Source of the DNA: Phycisphaerae bacterium
Lineage (GTDB): Bacteria; Planctomycetota; Phycisphaerae; UBA1845
Reading direction: 5' to 3'
NCBI GenBank assembly: GCA_029260055.1
Contig: JAJDDX010000258.1
Span: 1-24,923 of the forward strand
Length of the DNA: 24,923 nucleotides
The notes under the pieces are model-generated. The model was not told the DNA's origin. It saw only the letters and a list, made by a program, of their open reading frames with translations, and made no database searches. This document shows positions 1 to 7,354 of this stretch, in pieces. Position numbers and translations under genes: made by a program. Position 1 is the first letter of the stretch, and every line of letters starts with the position of its first letter.

Positions 1-1855
1 CATCACCCGAATGCTCTTCTGCGGCGTAGGCAGGCTTTTCAGTGAGGCCGACGGCGCGGAGTCTGAGATTGATGAGTTCGATCGGGGTCTGCTGCTCCTC
101 GAGGGAGTAGCCGTAGAGGCGGTTGTGTTCTTTGTGGAAGGCCGCCCGTATGGCGCCCATCTCGCCGGCCTTGACCGCTTTCAGCGGGACCGGGAGGGAG
201 ACCTCGTGATACTGCTTCACGTAGCGGCAGTCGAAGCTCAAATGGAATTCCTGTTTGGCGGCGGGGATGCCCTCGCCTTTGAGCAAGGATTGTCCCTCGT
301 TGACCATGCCGTCGACGGCGGCGGCAAGGCCCTTCCGGTCGATGCCTTCCAAGGGGGAGACGAAGGAGCGCACGAAGTCGTGCTTGAGATCGCTCATCAG
401 CATGCCCGCGGCGCAGAAGATCGAGGAGTCGCGCGGCACGAGGAACATCGGGATCTCGAGTTCGGCGCAGATCATGGCCGCGTGCAGGGGCCCGGCGCCG
501 CCGGCCACGACGATCGGGAACTCGCGCGGGTCGTAGCCGCGCTTGATCGTGATCTCGCGCACGCCCTGAGCCATGTTGGTGTTGATCACACGGTACATGC
601 CGGCCGCCGCCTGCTGAACCGACATACCCAGCGGCTTGGCGATGTGCTCGTCGATCGCGCGATGGGCGGCGTCATGATCCAGTTGGATCTTACCGCCGGC
701 GAAAAACCCCGCATCGAGATAGCCGAGCACCAGGTCCGCATCAGTACAAGCCGGCAGCTTGCCGCCCTTGCTATAGCACGCCGGGCCGGGGTCGGCCCCC
801 GCGCTTTGCGGGCCCATGCGCAACAGACCGCCCTCGTCGATCCAGCCGATGCTCCCACCGCCCGCGCCGATCGTGACGATATCCAGCATGGGTAGCGCAA
901 TGCGATACCGGTTGATTTCGCCTTCGGTCACGACGACCGATGCGCCGTCCTGCACCAGCGCCGCATCGAAACTGGTCCCACCCATATCGACGGTAAGGCA
1001 ACTATCCGTCCCGTGCGGTCGAACGTAGCCGAGCCCCGCCACCGGTCCGGCAGCCGGCCCGGAAAGCAGCGTCCGCGCCGGGCTCGACACCGTCACCTCC
1101 GGCGACATCACGCCGCCGTTGGACTGCATGATCAGTAGCACACCGCCGAACTCGATCTCCCGCAGCCGCGCGATGAGGCGATCCATGTACGAGCTGACTT
1201 TGGGCCCGACGAACGAGTTCAACACCGTCGAACTGACGCGGTCGTAGAAGCGAATGGACGGCAAGAAATCCGCCGAGACGGTCAAGTAGGTGTCCGGAAG
1301 TTGCTTGCGTACTACCTCCGCCGCCCGTCTTTCGTGCTCCCCATCGGCAAACGAATTCATGAAGCAGATCGCCACCGCCTCGACCCGCTCCTCCTTGAAG
1401 AGCCGCACCGCGCGGCGCACATCGTCCAGGTCGAGCGGTTGCAGTGCATCGCCGCGGTAGTTGAGCCGCCCGCGCACCGGCGCTCGCAGATAGCGCGGCA
1501 CCAGCGGCGGTACGTTCGTGTAGCGGTTGTTGTATTGCTCTTCGCGGATGCCGCGCCGCATCTCGAGCGCGTCGCGCGTGCCGTGCGTCGTGAGCAGGCC
1601 CGTCTTGGCGCCGACGCCCGTCAGTACCGCGTTGGTCGCCACGGTGGTACCGTGAACGATCGTCTCTATGGAATGCGCCAGGCCGGTCAGTGTGGTATCG
1701 AGCGCCGCCGCGATCTCAGTCAGGCCGTTGACTAGACCGATCGAAGGATCGGAGGGCGTCGAAAGCACTTTGAAGACTTGCGGTTCGTGCCCCGCGCGCG
1801 TCACCAGGAAGTCCGTGAACGTGCCGCCCACATCAATGCCGACCTTCAGCGTCAC
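1..1855 (-). CDS. Hydantoinase/oxoprolinase (HyuA/N-methylhydantoinase A / acetone carboxylase beta) family protein, partial (C-terminus beyond window edge)
   Basis: Minus-strand frame is open from the window edge to a GTG at 1855-1853. The N-terminus reads MTLKVGIDVGGTFTDFLVTRAGHEP, the signature start of the hydantoinase A family. Downstream stretches such as LSGPAAGPV and DIVTIGAGGGSIGWIDEGGLLRMGPQSAGADPGPACY fit the family. GGAGG lies 6 nt upstream of the GTG. The GTG overlaps the iorB TGA stop (GTGA), suggesting translational coupling. The listed + ORFs 11..895 and 1301..1735 are its shadows. Confidence 0.8.
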   Translation of the reverse strand, partial: MTLKVGIDVGGTFTDFLVTRAGHEPQVFKVLSTPSDPSIGLVNGLTEIAAALDTTLTGLAHSIETIVHGTTVATNAVLTGVGAKTGLLTTHGTRDALEMRRGIREEQYNNRYTNVPPLVPRYLRAPVRGRLNYRGDALQPLDLDDVRRAVRLFKEERVEAVAICFMNSFADGEHERRAAEVVRKQLPDTYLTVSADFLPSIRFYDRVSSTVLNSFVGPKVSSYMDRLIARLREIEFGGVLLIMQSNGGVMSPEVTVSSPARTLLSGPAAGPVAGLGYVRPHGTDSCLTVDMGGTSFDAALVQDGASVVVTEGEINRYRIALPMLDIVTIGAGGGSIGWIDEGGLLRMGPQSAGADPGPACYSKGGKLPACTDADLVLGYLDAGFFAGGKIQLDHDAAHRAIDEHIAKPLGMSVQQAAAGMYRVINTNMAQGVREITIKRGYDPREFPIVVAGGAGPLHAAMICAELEIPMFLVPRDSSIFCAAGMLMSDLKHDFVRSFVSPLEGIDRKGLAAAVDGMVNEGQSLLKGEGIPAAKQEFHLSFDCRYVKQYHEVSLPVPLKAVKAGEMGAIRAAFHKEHNRLYGYSLEEQQTPIELINLRLRAVGLTEKPAYAAEEHSGD

Positions 1856-2508
1856 GCTGCGCCTCCGCAGTTGGCCCGCTCCGCCGTCATCGCCACGCCC
1901 GCACGGAAGGCCCTACTATTCGTATCGTGCAGTTTGGGCGGCATACGCCTCACAGCCGCTTCCCAGAACGTATCAGCCGAACAGGGCAACGAACCGGTCC
2001 CCAGCAGACAGCCGAGCATCACCATGTTGAGCGCCTTGGCCGACCCAGCCTCGATAGCGCACGCAGTCGCGTCCAAGGTCAGCACGTTCGAAGTCGCCGC
2101 GTGCATCGCCGCGATGAGCCCGTCCACGTCGGGATAGCTCGCGTCCGCCTCCTTGCGAGCGGCCCGCTGAGCCACCACGTAGGGTATGATCGGAGCCGTA
2201 TTCATGTAGACCCACGTATGTTCCGAGACGACCGGGAGCGCCCGCACGGTCTCCACCGGCTCGAGCCCGACCACGAAATCGGCTTGCCCGGCTGCGATCA
2301 CCGGGCAGGTGCCGCCGTCGATGATGATCGACGATTGCACCGCCCCACCGCGTTGCGCCATACCGTGAAGCTGCCCGCTGACGACCTCATGGCCCAGGTC
2401 GACGAAACAGTCGCACAGAAGCCGAGCGGCTGTGAGCACGCCTTGACCGCCCGTGCCCGCTACGAGTACCCGCGTACCGGCGCCGCTGACTTGATCGGGT
2501 GCCGTCAT
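1852..2508 (-). CDS. iorB: Indolepyruvate:ferredoxin oxidoreductase beta subunit (pyruvate/ketoisovalerate oxidoreductase gamma-type catalytic domain)
   Basis: 218-aa protein starting MTAPDQVSGAGTRVLVAGTGGQGVLTAARLL, a POR gamma-domain-like Rossmann start. Its ATG sits immediately after the iorA TAG stop (TAGATG at 2511-2506). A GAGGGGG RBS lies inside the iorA 3' end. Confidence 0.8.
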   Translation of the reverse strand: MTAPDQVSGAGTRVLVAGTGGQGVLTAARLLCDCFVDLGHEVVSGQLHGMAQRGGAVQSSIIIDGGTCPVIAAGQADFVVGLEPVETVRALPVVSEHTWVYMNTAPIIPYVVAQRAARKEADASYPDVDGLIAAMHAATSNVLTLDATACAIEAGSAKALNMVMLGCLLGTGSLPCSADTFWEAAVRRMPPKLHDTNSRAFRAGVAMTAERANCGGAA

Positions 2509-4389
2509 CTAATCCCCCTCTACCTGCATCGGGCTGATCGCGTCGTGCTTACACACATCAGCGCAAAGCTCGCATCCGTCGCACAACTCGCGGTCGATCG
2601 TGTACTTGCCGTCGATGACCAGAATGCCCGGACAACCCAACATCCGAACACAGGCTGTGCATGAGTTGCAGAGCTCCTGGTCGACCGTAAACGGCGACCG
2701 CTTCCGCTCTTTCGTCACACGACGATCGTGAACCACACACGGGGAATGGCAGATCACCACGCTCACGCCCGAGGCAGCCTTCGCTTGCTCGAGCGCGGCC
2801 AGCGTCGCCTCGTCGTCGAACGGATCGACGGAATAGAGGTTCTGCACGCCGAGACCCCGGACGGCATCTTCAATCGAAAAACGCTCGGATCGCTCCACAC
2901 CCGACAGCGAGCCGCCGCCGGCCATGTTGTCCGACGTAAGGCTCGGCTGAAAACCCGTCATGGCCGTGATGTAGTTGTCGAGGATGACGACCGTGATCGC
3001 GTCGTCAGCCTGAACCGCGTTCGCCAGCGCCGGCAAGCCGCTGTGGTAGAACGTCGAGTCGCCGATGTAGGCCACGGTCCGCTCACCCGTCACACGGGCG
3101 ATGCCCGACGCCTGGGAAATCGACGAGCCCATGCACAGCAGCATGTCGCACGCTCCGAGCGGCTCGCCATAGCCAAGCGTGTAGCAGCCGATATCGTTGC
3201 AGTAGACGGTCTTCTTTCCGAAGACCTTCTTGACCATGTGGAAGCTGGTGCGATGCGGACAGCCCGGGCAGAGCACCGGCGGCCGGGGCGGAAGCTCCGG
3301 CACGTTCGCACGCCGACCGTTGCGCTGATCCAACTTCAGATACTTGCGAACCGCGCCGTCGACCATGTCCGGCGAGTACTCGAACTCGACGGGAAAGTGG
3401 TCCGTGTGCTTGCCGAGTATCGGGATCGTTCGGCCGGCCCGAAACGCCGAGAGCGTGACCCACTCCTCGACGAACGGCGTGAGCTCCTCGACCACAAGCA
3501 CCGAGTCGACCGACGCCAGGAAGTCCTTCAGCAGCTCTTCGGGAATCGGATAGGCACCGACCTGCTGCAGCGTAACCTCGTCTTCGATACCGAGTTGCTG
3601 AATTACGTGAGCGGTATAGCTGTAGGCCACGCCGCTGGCGATGATCCCTCTCCGACCGCTGCCCGTGCGGGGGAAGAAGCCGGAGGTGGCCAGCAACGCC
3701 TCCGCCTTCTTGTATCGCTCCGTGAGTTCCACGCGCATGCGCCGCGCGTTTTGCGGAATCGGTACGTACCGCGGCGGGTCCTTCTTGAATCCAACCTCGT
3801 TCCGCTCAGCCGGCAGCGAATCGAACTGGACCATCCCGCTGCTGTGACACACGCGCGTCGTCGGGCGGAGGATGACCGGAAGACCGGTCGTCTCCGAAAA
3901 TCCGAACGCGTACTTCGTCATCCGGCGTGCGTCTTCCGGCGTGGCCGGGTCGAATATGGGATAGTAGAGGAACTTGGTGAAATGCCGCTGGTCCTGCTCG
4001 TTCGGACTGGTGATCGCCGATGGGTCGCCGGCTGAGACGATGACCATGCCGCCGCCCACCCCGACATACGGCATCGTCGAGATCGGGTCATTCGCGGAAC
4101 TAAGGCCCAGGTGCTTCATGCCGCACATGGATCGGGCGCCAGCCAGGCTGGCTGCGAACGCCACCTCCACCGCGATCTTCTCGTTCACCGAGTACTCGAA
4201 GTGGATGTCAGCCGCCTTGGCGATCTGGGCGAAGGTGTCGCCGATCTCCGACGACGGCGTTCCCGGATAGCAGGAGTAGAACTGAACGCCCGCCTCGAGA
4301 CCGCCCCGCACGATCGCGTGGTTGCCGAGGATGGAGAGACGCGTCGACGCGTCGTCCCGCAGAATCTCATGCCCCGAGGCGTTGCTCAT
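2509..4389 (-). CDS. iorA: Indolepyruvate:ferredoxin oxidoreductase alpha subunit (TPP-binding, two 4Fe-4S ferredoxin motifs)
   Basis: 626-aa protein with a GTPSSEIGD pyrimidine-binding region and a GDSTFYHSGLPALANAV TPP-binding region. The C-terminus carries two CxxCxxC...CP ferredoxin clusters (CNSCTACVRMLGCP and CDGCELCADVCKHDAI). GGAAGGG RBS lies upstream of the ATG at 4389. Confidence 0.9.
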   Translation of the reverse strand: MSNASGHEILRDDASTRLSILGNHAIVRGGLEAGVQFYSCYPGTPSSEIGDTFAQIAKAADIHFEYSVNEKIAVEVAFAASLAGARSMCGMKHLGLSSANDPISTMPYVGVGGGMVIVSAGDPSAITSPNEQDQRHFTKFLYYPIFDPATPEDARRMTKYAFGFSETTGLPVILRPTTRVCHSSGMVQFDSLPAERNEVGFKKDPPRYVPIPQNARRMRVELTERYKKAEALLATSGFFPRTGSGRRGIIASGVAYSYTAHVIQQLGIEDEVTLQQVGAYPIPEELLKDFLASVDSVLVVEELTPFVEEWVTLSAFRAGRTIPILGKHTDHFPVEFEYSPDMVDGAVRKYLKLDQRNGRRANVPELPPRPPVLCPGCPHRTSFHMVKKVFGKKTVYCNDIGCYTLGYGEPLGACDMLLCMGSSISQASGIARVTGERTVAYIGDSTFYHSGLPALANAVQADDAITVVILDNYITAMTGFQPSLTSDNMAGGGSLSGVERSERFSIEDAVRGLGVQNLYSVDPFDDEATLAALEQAKAASGVSVVICHSPCVVHDRRVTKERKRSPFTVDQELCNSCTACVRMLGCPGILVIDGKYTIDRELCDGCELCADVCKHDAISPMQVEGD

Positions 4390-4630
4390 GCGCTTCCCTT
4401 CCAGGCGATCGCTCCCGCGCGTTGAATCTCGCCGCCGCCGGCGAAGGCTGCAAGCACGCAGCCGCTTTCGACACGGAAAGCTCCGACAAGCTTAAACGGC
4501 GCAGGCCAAACCGGCAAGTGAAAAGCCGTTGAGACACTGAATGATGTGCGCACGGTACGGTTTCAAGCGCAACGCGCAACGTTTTCGCACACAAACGAAC
4601 CGGCTCGCGCCGCCCCTATCGGATGGGTGC

Positions 4631-4653
4631 CACGGGTGGCTTGCCCACCCGTG
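4631..4653. repeat. Palindromic repeat family A (CACGGGTGG-CTTGC-CCACCCGTG)
   Basis: Perfect 9-bp stem. A close variant, CACTGGTAG-CTTGC-CCACCAGTG, occurs at 9660-9682. Confidence 0.6.
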
Positions 4654-4706
4654 CTCTCGCGGAATCGGTCACCGTACGAACATATGTGTCGACCCACCGC
4701 GCCGCC

Positions 4707-4743
4707 GGGTGCCCCGTCCTTCGGGTACGCCCGAAGGGTGGGG
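4707..4743. repeat. Palindromic repeat family C, copy 1 (GGGTGCCCCGTCCTTCGGGTACGCCCGAAGGGTGGGG; 8-14 bp stem, TACG loop)
   Basis: Near-identical to 6398-6435. Its centre CCTTCGGG-TACG-CCCGAAGG is a perfect hairpin. The minus-frame translation gives the LRAYPKDGAP peptide seen in two unrelated listed ORFs, a sign of a repeated element. Confidence 0.7.
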
Positions 4744-4939
4744 AACAAACGTCGGTGCATGACCCACCACCAATCAGAACCGCGACCGTAAGGGAGCGGT
4801 CCGACGTCCGACCTCCTGCGACTCCAAGCCCGAGAAGAACCGCAGTGTCTCTTGCGGTAGCGGCATCACCCACAATCCCATATGCTGCACGCATTGGGGC
4901 GAGCAACCGCAAGGCCAATCTCTGTGCGAGATTCGACAA

Positions 4940-5467
4940 GTGCCCGACCGAAACCACATCACAGCGTTCTCGACCGGCACCAGCCTCCCGAGGCAACTCC
5001 TCATCTCGGCCGGCATCGGCATCGGCTTCGCCCTTCTCATGGTTCTGGCTTTCGGCATGGAGTTAGCTCTCCTGGACAACGCCTTCAATGCGGCGTGCGC
5101 CGGCATGCCTTTCTTTTTTGCGTCCTTGCTCGTCTTCCCCATGATTGCCGGCGGACTGTCCGGGTATGTAGTCGGAAGGGCAGTCGGCGCCTCGTGGTCC
5201 CTTCCGAAGGCGGTCGTCGCCACACCCGTGTCCTACGGGATGCTCGCCGTCTTCCTCATGCGTGAATCGCTCGGTGACTGGGGCGCTCCATGCTTCATCG
5301 TGGCGATCGTCGGATCTTCGTTCCTGATGACCTTGCTGGGCGTGTACCGCGGTGGCCGGGTCTGGAAGGTGAACAGGGTCGGCGTCTGCAGGGCGTGCGG
5401 CTACGCCCTGACGGGAAACGTCTCCGGCAGATGCCCCGAGTGCGGCACCAAGATTCCGCCGACGTAA
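4940..5467 (+). CDS. Small integral membrane protein with C-terminal zinc-ribbon (CxxC...CPECG)
   Basis: 175-aa ORF with a GTG start and high GC3. It has 4-5 predicted hydrophobic helices and ends in CRACGYALTGNVSGRCPECGTKIPPT. No SD is visible; an internal ATG at 5039 is an alternative start. Confidence 0.5.
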   Translation: MPDRNHITAFSTGTSLPRQLLISAGIGIGFALLMVLAFGMELALLDNAFNAACAGMPFFFASLLVFPMIAGGLSGYVVGRAVGASWSLPKAVVATPVSYGMLAVFLMRESLGDWGAPCFIVAIVGSSFLMTLLGVYRGGRVWKVNRVGVCRACGYALTGNVSGRCPECGTKIPPT

Positions 5468-5569
5468 TCACTCGGTGGAGCTTGGGCGCGGCGTGCGTTT
5501 CGTGCGATGATCCAGCGTAGTTGAACACCGGATACGTTCGTCGGCGCCGGCATCCGCAGGAGAAGTAAG

Positions 5570-6388
5570 ATGCGACTCGCACTCATCCAGCAACACGCCA
5601 CTTTTGACAAAGCCGCCAACGTCCAGCGAGGGCTCGCAGCCGTGCGCGAGGCGGCTACGCAGGGCGCTGACTGCGTCTGCTTCGCCGAACTGGCTTTCGA
5701 GTGGTTCTATCCGCAACACCAGGCTACCGGCGACGTGGCGAGCCTGGCTGAGCCCGTGCCCGGTCCGACGACCGACGCCTTCTGCGCGATGGCACGCGAA
5801 CTCGGAATCGTCATCGTCATCAACCTCTTCGAGAAAGACGGCGACAAGCTGTATGACACATCGCCGGTCATCGACGCCGACGGCACGCTGCTGGGCCGCA
5901 CGCGCATGATCCACATTACCGACCTGCCCTGCTTCTTTGAACGCGGCTACTACGCACCCGGCGACACCGGCGCCCCGGTCTACGACACGGCGGCCGGGCG
6001 CATCGGCGTGGCGATCTGCTACGACCGCCACATTCCCGAATACACGCGGGCGCTGGCACTGCAAGGCGCCCAACTCGCGCTCGTGCCCCAAGCCGGCGCG
6101 GTCGGCGAATGGCCCGAAGGCCTCTACGAAGGTGAGATGCGCGTCACCGCCTTCCACAACGGCTACTACGTCGGCCTGTGCAACCGAGTCGGCGAGGAGG
6201 ACTGCCTTACATTCGCCGGTGAGTCCTTCGTATGCCATCCCGACGGCACGATGATGGCACGTGGGGCTAAGGGACGCGACGACATCGTCTATGCCGATCT
6301 CGACCTCAGCGCGGTCGAGCAAAGCCCCGCACGGCGTCTGTTCATCCCCGACCGTCGCCCGGAACTCTACGCCGACTGGCTTTGCTAA
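5570..6388 (+). CDS. Carbon-nitrogen hydrolase family protein (nitrilase/amidase superfamily)
   Basis: 272 aa. Shows the CN-hydrolase E-K-C triad context: FAELAF (Glu), NLFEKDG (Lys), GVAICYDRHIPE (Cys). AGGAGA RBS lies 5 nt upstream of the ATG. The minus ORF 5468..6553 is its shadow. Confidence 0.85.
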   Translation: MRLALIQQHATFDKAANVQRGLAAVREAATQGADCVCFAELAFEWFYPQHQATGDVASLAEPVPGPTTDAFCAMARELGIVIVINLFEKDGDKLYDTSPVIDADGTLLGRTRMIHITDLPCFFERGYYAPGDTGAPVYDTAAGRIGVAICYDRHIPEYTRALALQGAQLALVPQAGAVGEWPEGLYEGEMRVTAFHNGYYVGLCNRVGEEDCLTFAGESFVCHPDGTMMARGAKGRDDIVYADLDLSAVEQSPARRLFIPDRRPELYADWLC

Positions 6389-6397
6389 GTGTGCGAT

Positions 6398-6525
6398 GGG
6401 TGCCCCATCCTTCGGGTACGCCCGAAGGGTGGGGGACGGACCATATCGCGCGGCCCTTTCGCAACGGAAACGCCAACGGGTAGTCCATCCTTCCCCCACC
6501 CTTGCTTCGCAAGGATGGGGCACCC
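6398..6525. repeat. Family C copy 2, embedded in a MITE/REP-like element with 15-bp terminal inverted repeats (GGGTGCCCCATCCTT ... AAGGATGGGGCACCC)
   Basis: 6398-6435 repeats the family C hairpin. 6511-6525 is the exact reverse complement of 6398-6412. The interior holds a further hairpin, CCTTGC-TTC-GCAAGG. The element starts 10 nt after the CN-hydrolase stop. Confidence 0.6.
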
Positions 6526-6596
6526 GCTCTGCTGAGCCCCGCCGCGCGGCCAACTCAGCTCGTCACTCCAACTCCGAAAAAAAACGTGTTACCCGC

Positions 6597-6624
6597 TTGA
6601 CTATCCCCATTCATGGCGTACACT
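6597..6624 (+). promoter_or_regulatory. Candidate sigma70-type promoter (TTGACT-16-TACACT) with upstream A8 tract
   Basis: -35 TTGACT at 6597-6602 and -10 TACACT at 6619-6624. An A-run at 6577-6584 precedes it. It lies in an unusually AT-rich 120-bp stretch of an otherwise GC-rich genome, and no annotated CDS follows. Confidence 0.35.
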
Positions 6625-6630
6625 TCACAC

Positions 6631-6890
6631 TCTGTTACGTTATTGGCTCCTTTGAGTGAGGTTTGGTTTGGCCTCTTTGTTTGGACAACTTGGTTTCGAC
6701 AGTCGCCCCGGCGGCGATGACTGCGGCGCAATGAAAGCCGTCGCAGTCATGACCCCACCGGCGATATGTCAGACGACGACCGATGCCGAATCGGTGACGA
6801 ATCGTCGCATCACGGGACCTCCCGGATAGCCCGAGCATTTGCTTGCCCGAGCCCCGAAGGCCGTGACACGCGGCCTTCGGGGCTTTTTTT
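6631..6890 (+). ncRNA. Candidate small RNA (~260 nt) bounded by the putative promoter and a strong intrinsic terminator
   Basis: There is no convincing ORF in any frame; the only in-frame ATG ORF is a 35-aa hydrophobic peptide beginning at 6613. Multiple internal hairpins are visible, e.g. GACTGCGGCG...GCCGTCGCAGTC and CCGAT-GCCGA-ATCGG. The 3' end is defined by the terminator at 6851-6890. No match to RNase P, tmRNA, SRP or 6S primary motifs was recognised. Confidence 0.3.
6851..6890 (+). terminator. Rho-independent terminator (GCCCCGAAGGCCG-loop-CGGCCTTCGGGGC + T7)
   Basis: 13-bp GC-rich perfect stem (6851-6863 / 6871-6883) followed by TTTTTTT at 6884-6890. Acts on the + strand only. Confidence 0.75.
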
Positions 6891-7033
6891 GTGCCCATTC
6901 GGTTACGAAGCGTCGAGCACCGGCTGACACCGGGACTGCGCAAACATCCCGAACAGTCGTAACGGGGACTCCGCGCGCCGACCGCGCGAAAGTGGGAGTC
7001 ACCCGTCGGAACTCAGAACAAGGGAACCATGTA

Positions 7034-7092
7034 GCGCCACCCCTTTTGGGGTGGCGCCCGGGGCATGCGTTCGTCGCCCCCCAGGGGCGACG
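7034..7092. repeat. Two adjacent perfect GC-rich hairpins (GCGCCACCCC-TTTT-GGGGTGGCGC; CGTCGCCCC-CCA-GGGGCGACG)
   Basis: 10-bp and 9-bp perfect stems at 7034-7057 and 7072-7092, with no U-tract. They sit in the untranslated region upstream of the clp-like gene. Confidence 0.5.
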
Positions 7093-7186
7093 CTACAGCG
7101 ACTCACGAATGCCGAAAACGCTGCCGTGATCAAGGCGATGCGATGAGGAATGCGTACACGGGAGCACGACGACTGGTAGTGGGATC

Positions 7187-7270
7187 AGGGTCCGCTGTGC
7201 GGGCAAGAGAATGAGTAGGGTCCGCTGTGCGGACCAAGTGTTCGAGTGGGGTCCGTACGGCGGACCCTAC
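7187..7270. repeat. Palindromic repeat family D, three tandem copies (core GGTCCGC-TGT-GCGGACC)
   Basis: Copies at 7187-7204, 7215-7236 and 7248-7270; the third is a variant, GGGTCCG-TACG-GCGGACCC. The same family recurs at 14238-14350. Confidence 0.7.
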
Positions 7271-7354
7271 AGCCCACCTCGGCGCTGCAACTGAATCTTT
7301 GAAAGACACCCGCGGAACGAGTCCGCGGGAAAGAGCAAGAACAGGGACAAGACA

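Noticed and set aside
11-895. Long + strand ORFs 11..895 and 1301..1735 across the first 1.8 kb
   Set aside because: Low-complexity, Arg/Leu/Val-heavy translations typical of the antisense strand of a high-GC gene. The minus frame gives a continuous, motif-bearing hydantoinase-family protein.
2728-4035. 435-aa + ORF overlapping iorA, and other long antisense ORFs (5468..6553 -, 7703..8866 -, 9972..10397 -, 11573..13261 +, 16842..18659 -, 23067..24128 -)
   Set aside because: Each lies antisense to a gene with clear family motifs, has Arg-rich or odd composition, and lacks an RBS. They are shadow ORFs of the GC-rich coding strand.
4563-4760. Apparent 'conserved' small proteins (LRAYPKDGAP motif in ORFs 4563..4760- and 5468..6553-; GKxVCPCxP in 9270..9614-, 9299..9574+, 18539..18895-)
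   Set aside because: The shared peptides are just translations of the repeated palindromic DNA elements (families C and B), not homologous genes.
6390-6900. Known housekeeping RNAs (RNase P RNA, tmRNA, SRP/4.5S, 6S) and tRNAs anywhere in the window
   Set aside because: None of the conserved primary-sequence hallmarks I can recall were found: GGAAAGUCCGGGCUCC / AGGGUGAAA for RNase P, a tmRNA 3' T-arm GGUUCGAUUCC, the SRP GGAAGGAAGCAGC motif, or tRNA GTTCGAATC-type T-loops. Hence the 6631-6890 locus is called only a candidate novel sRNA.
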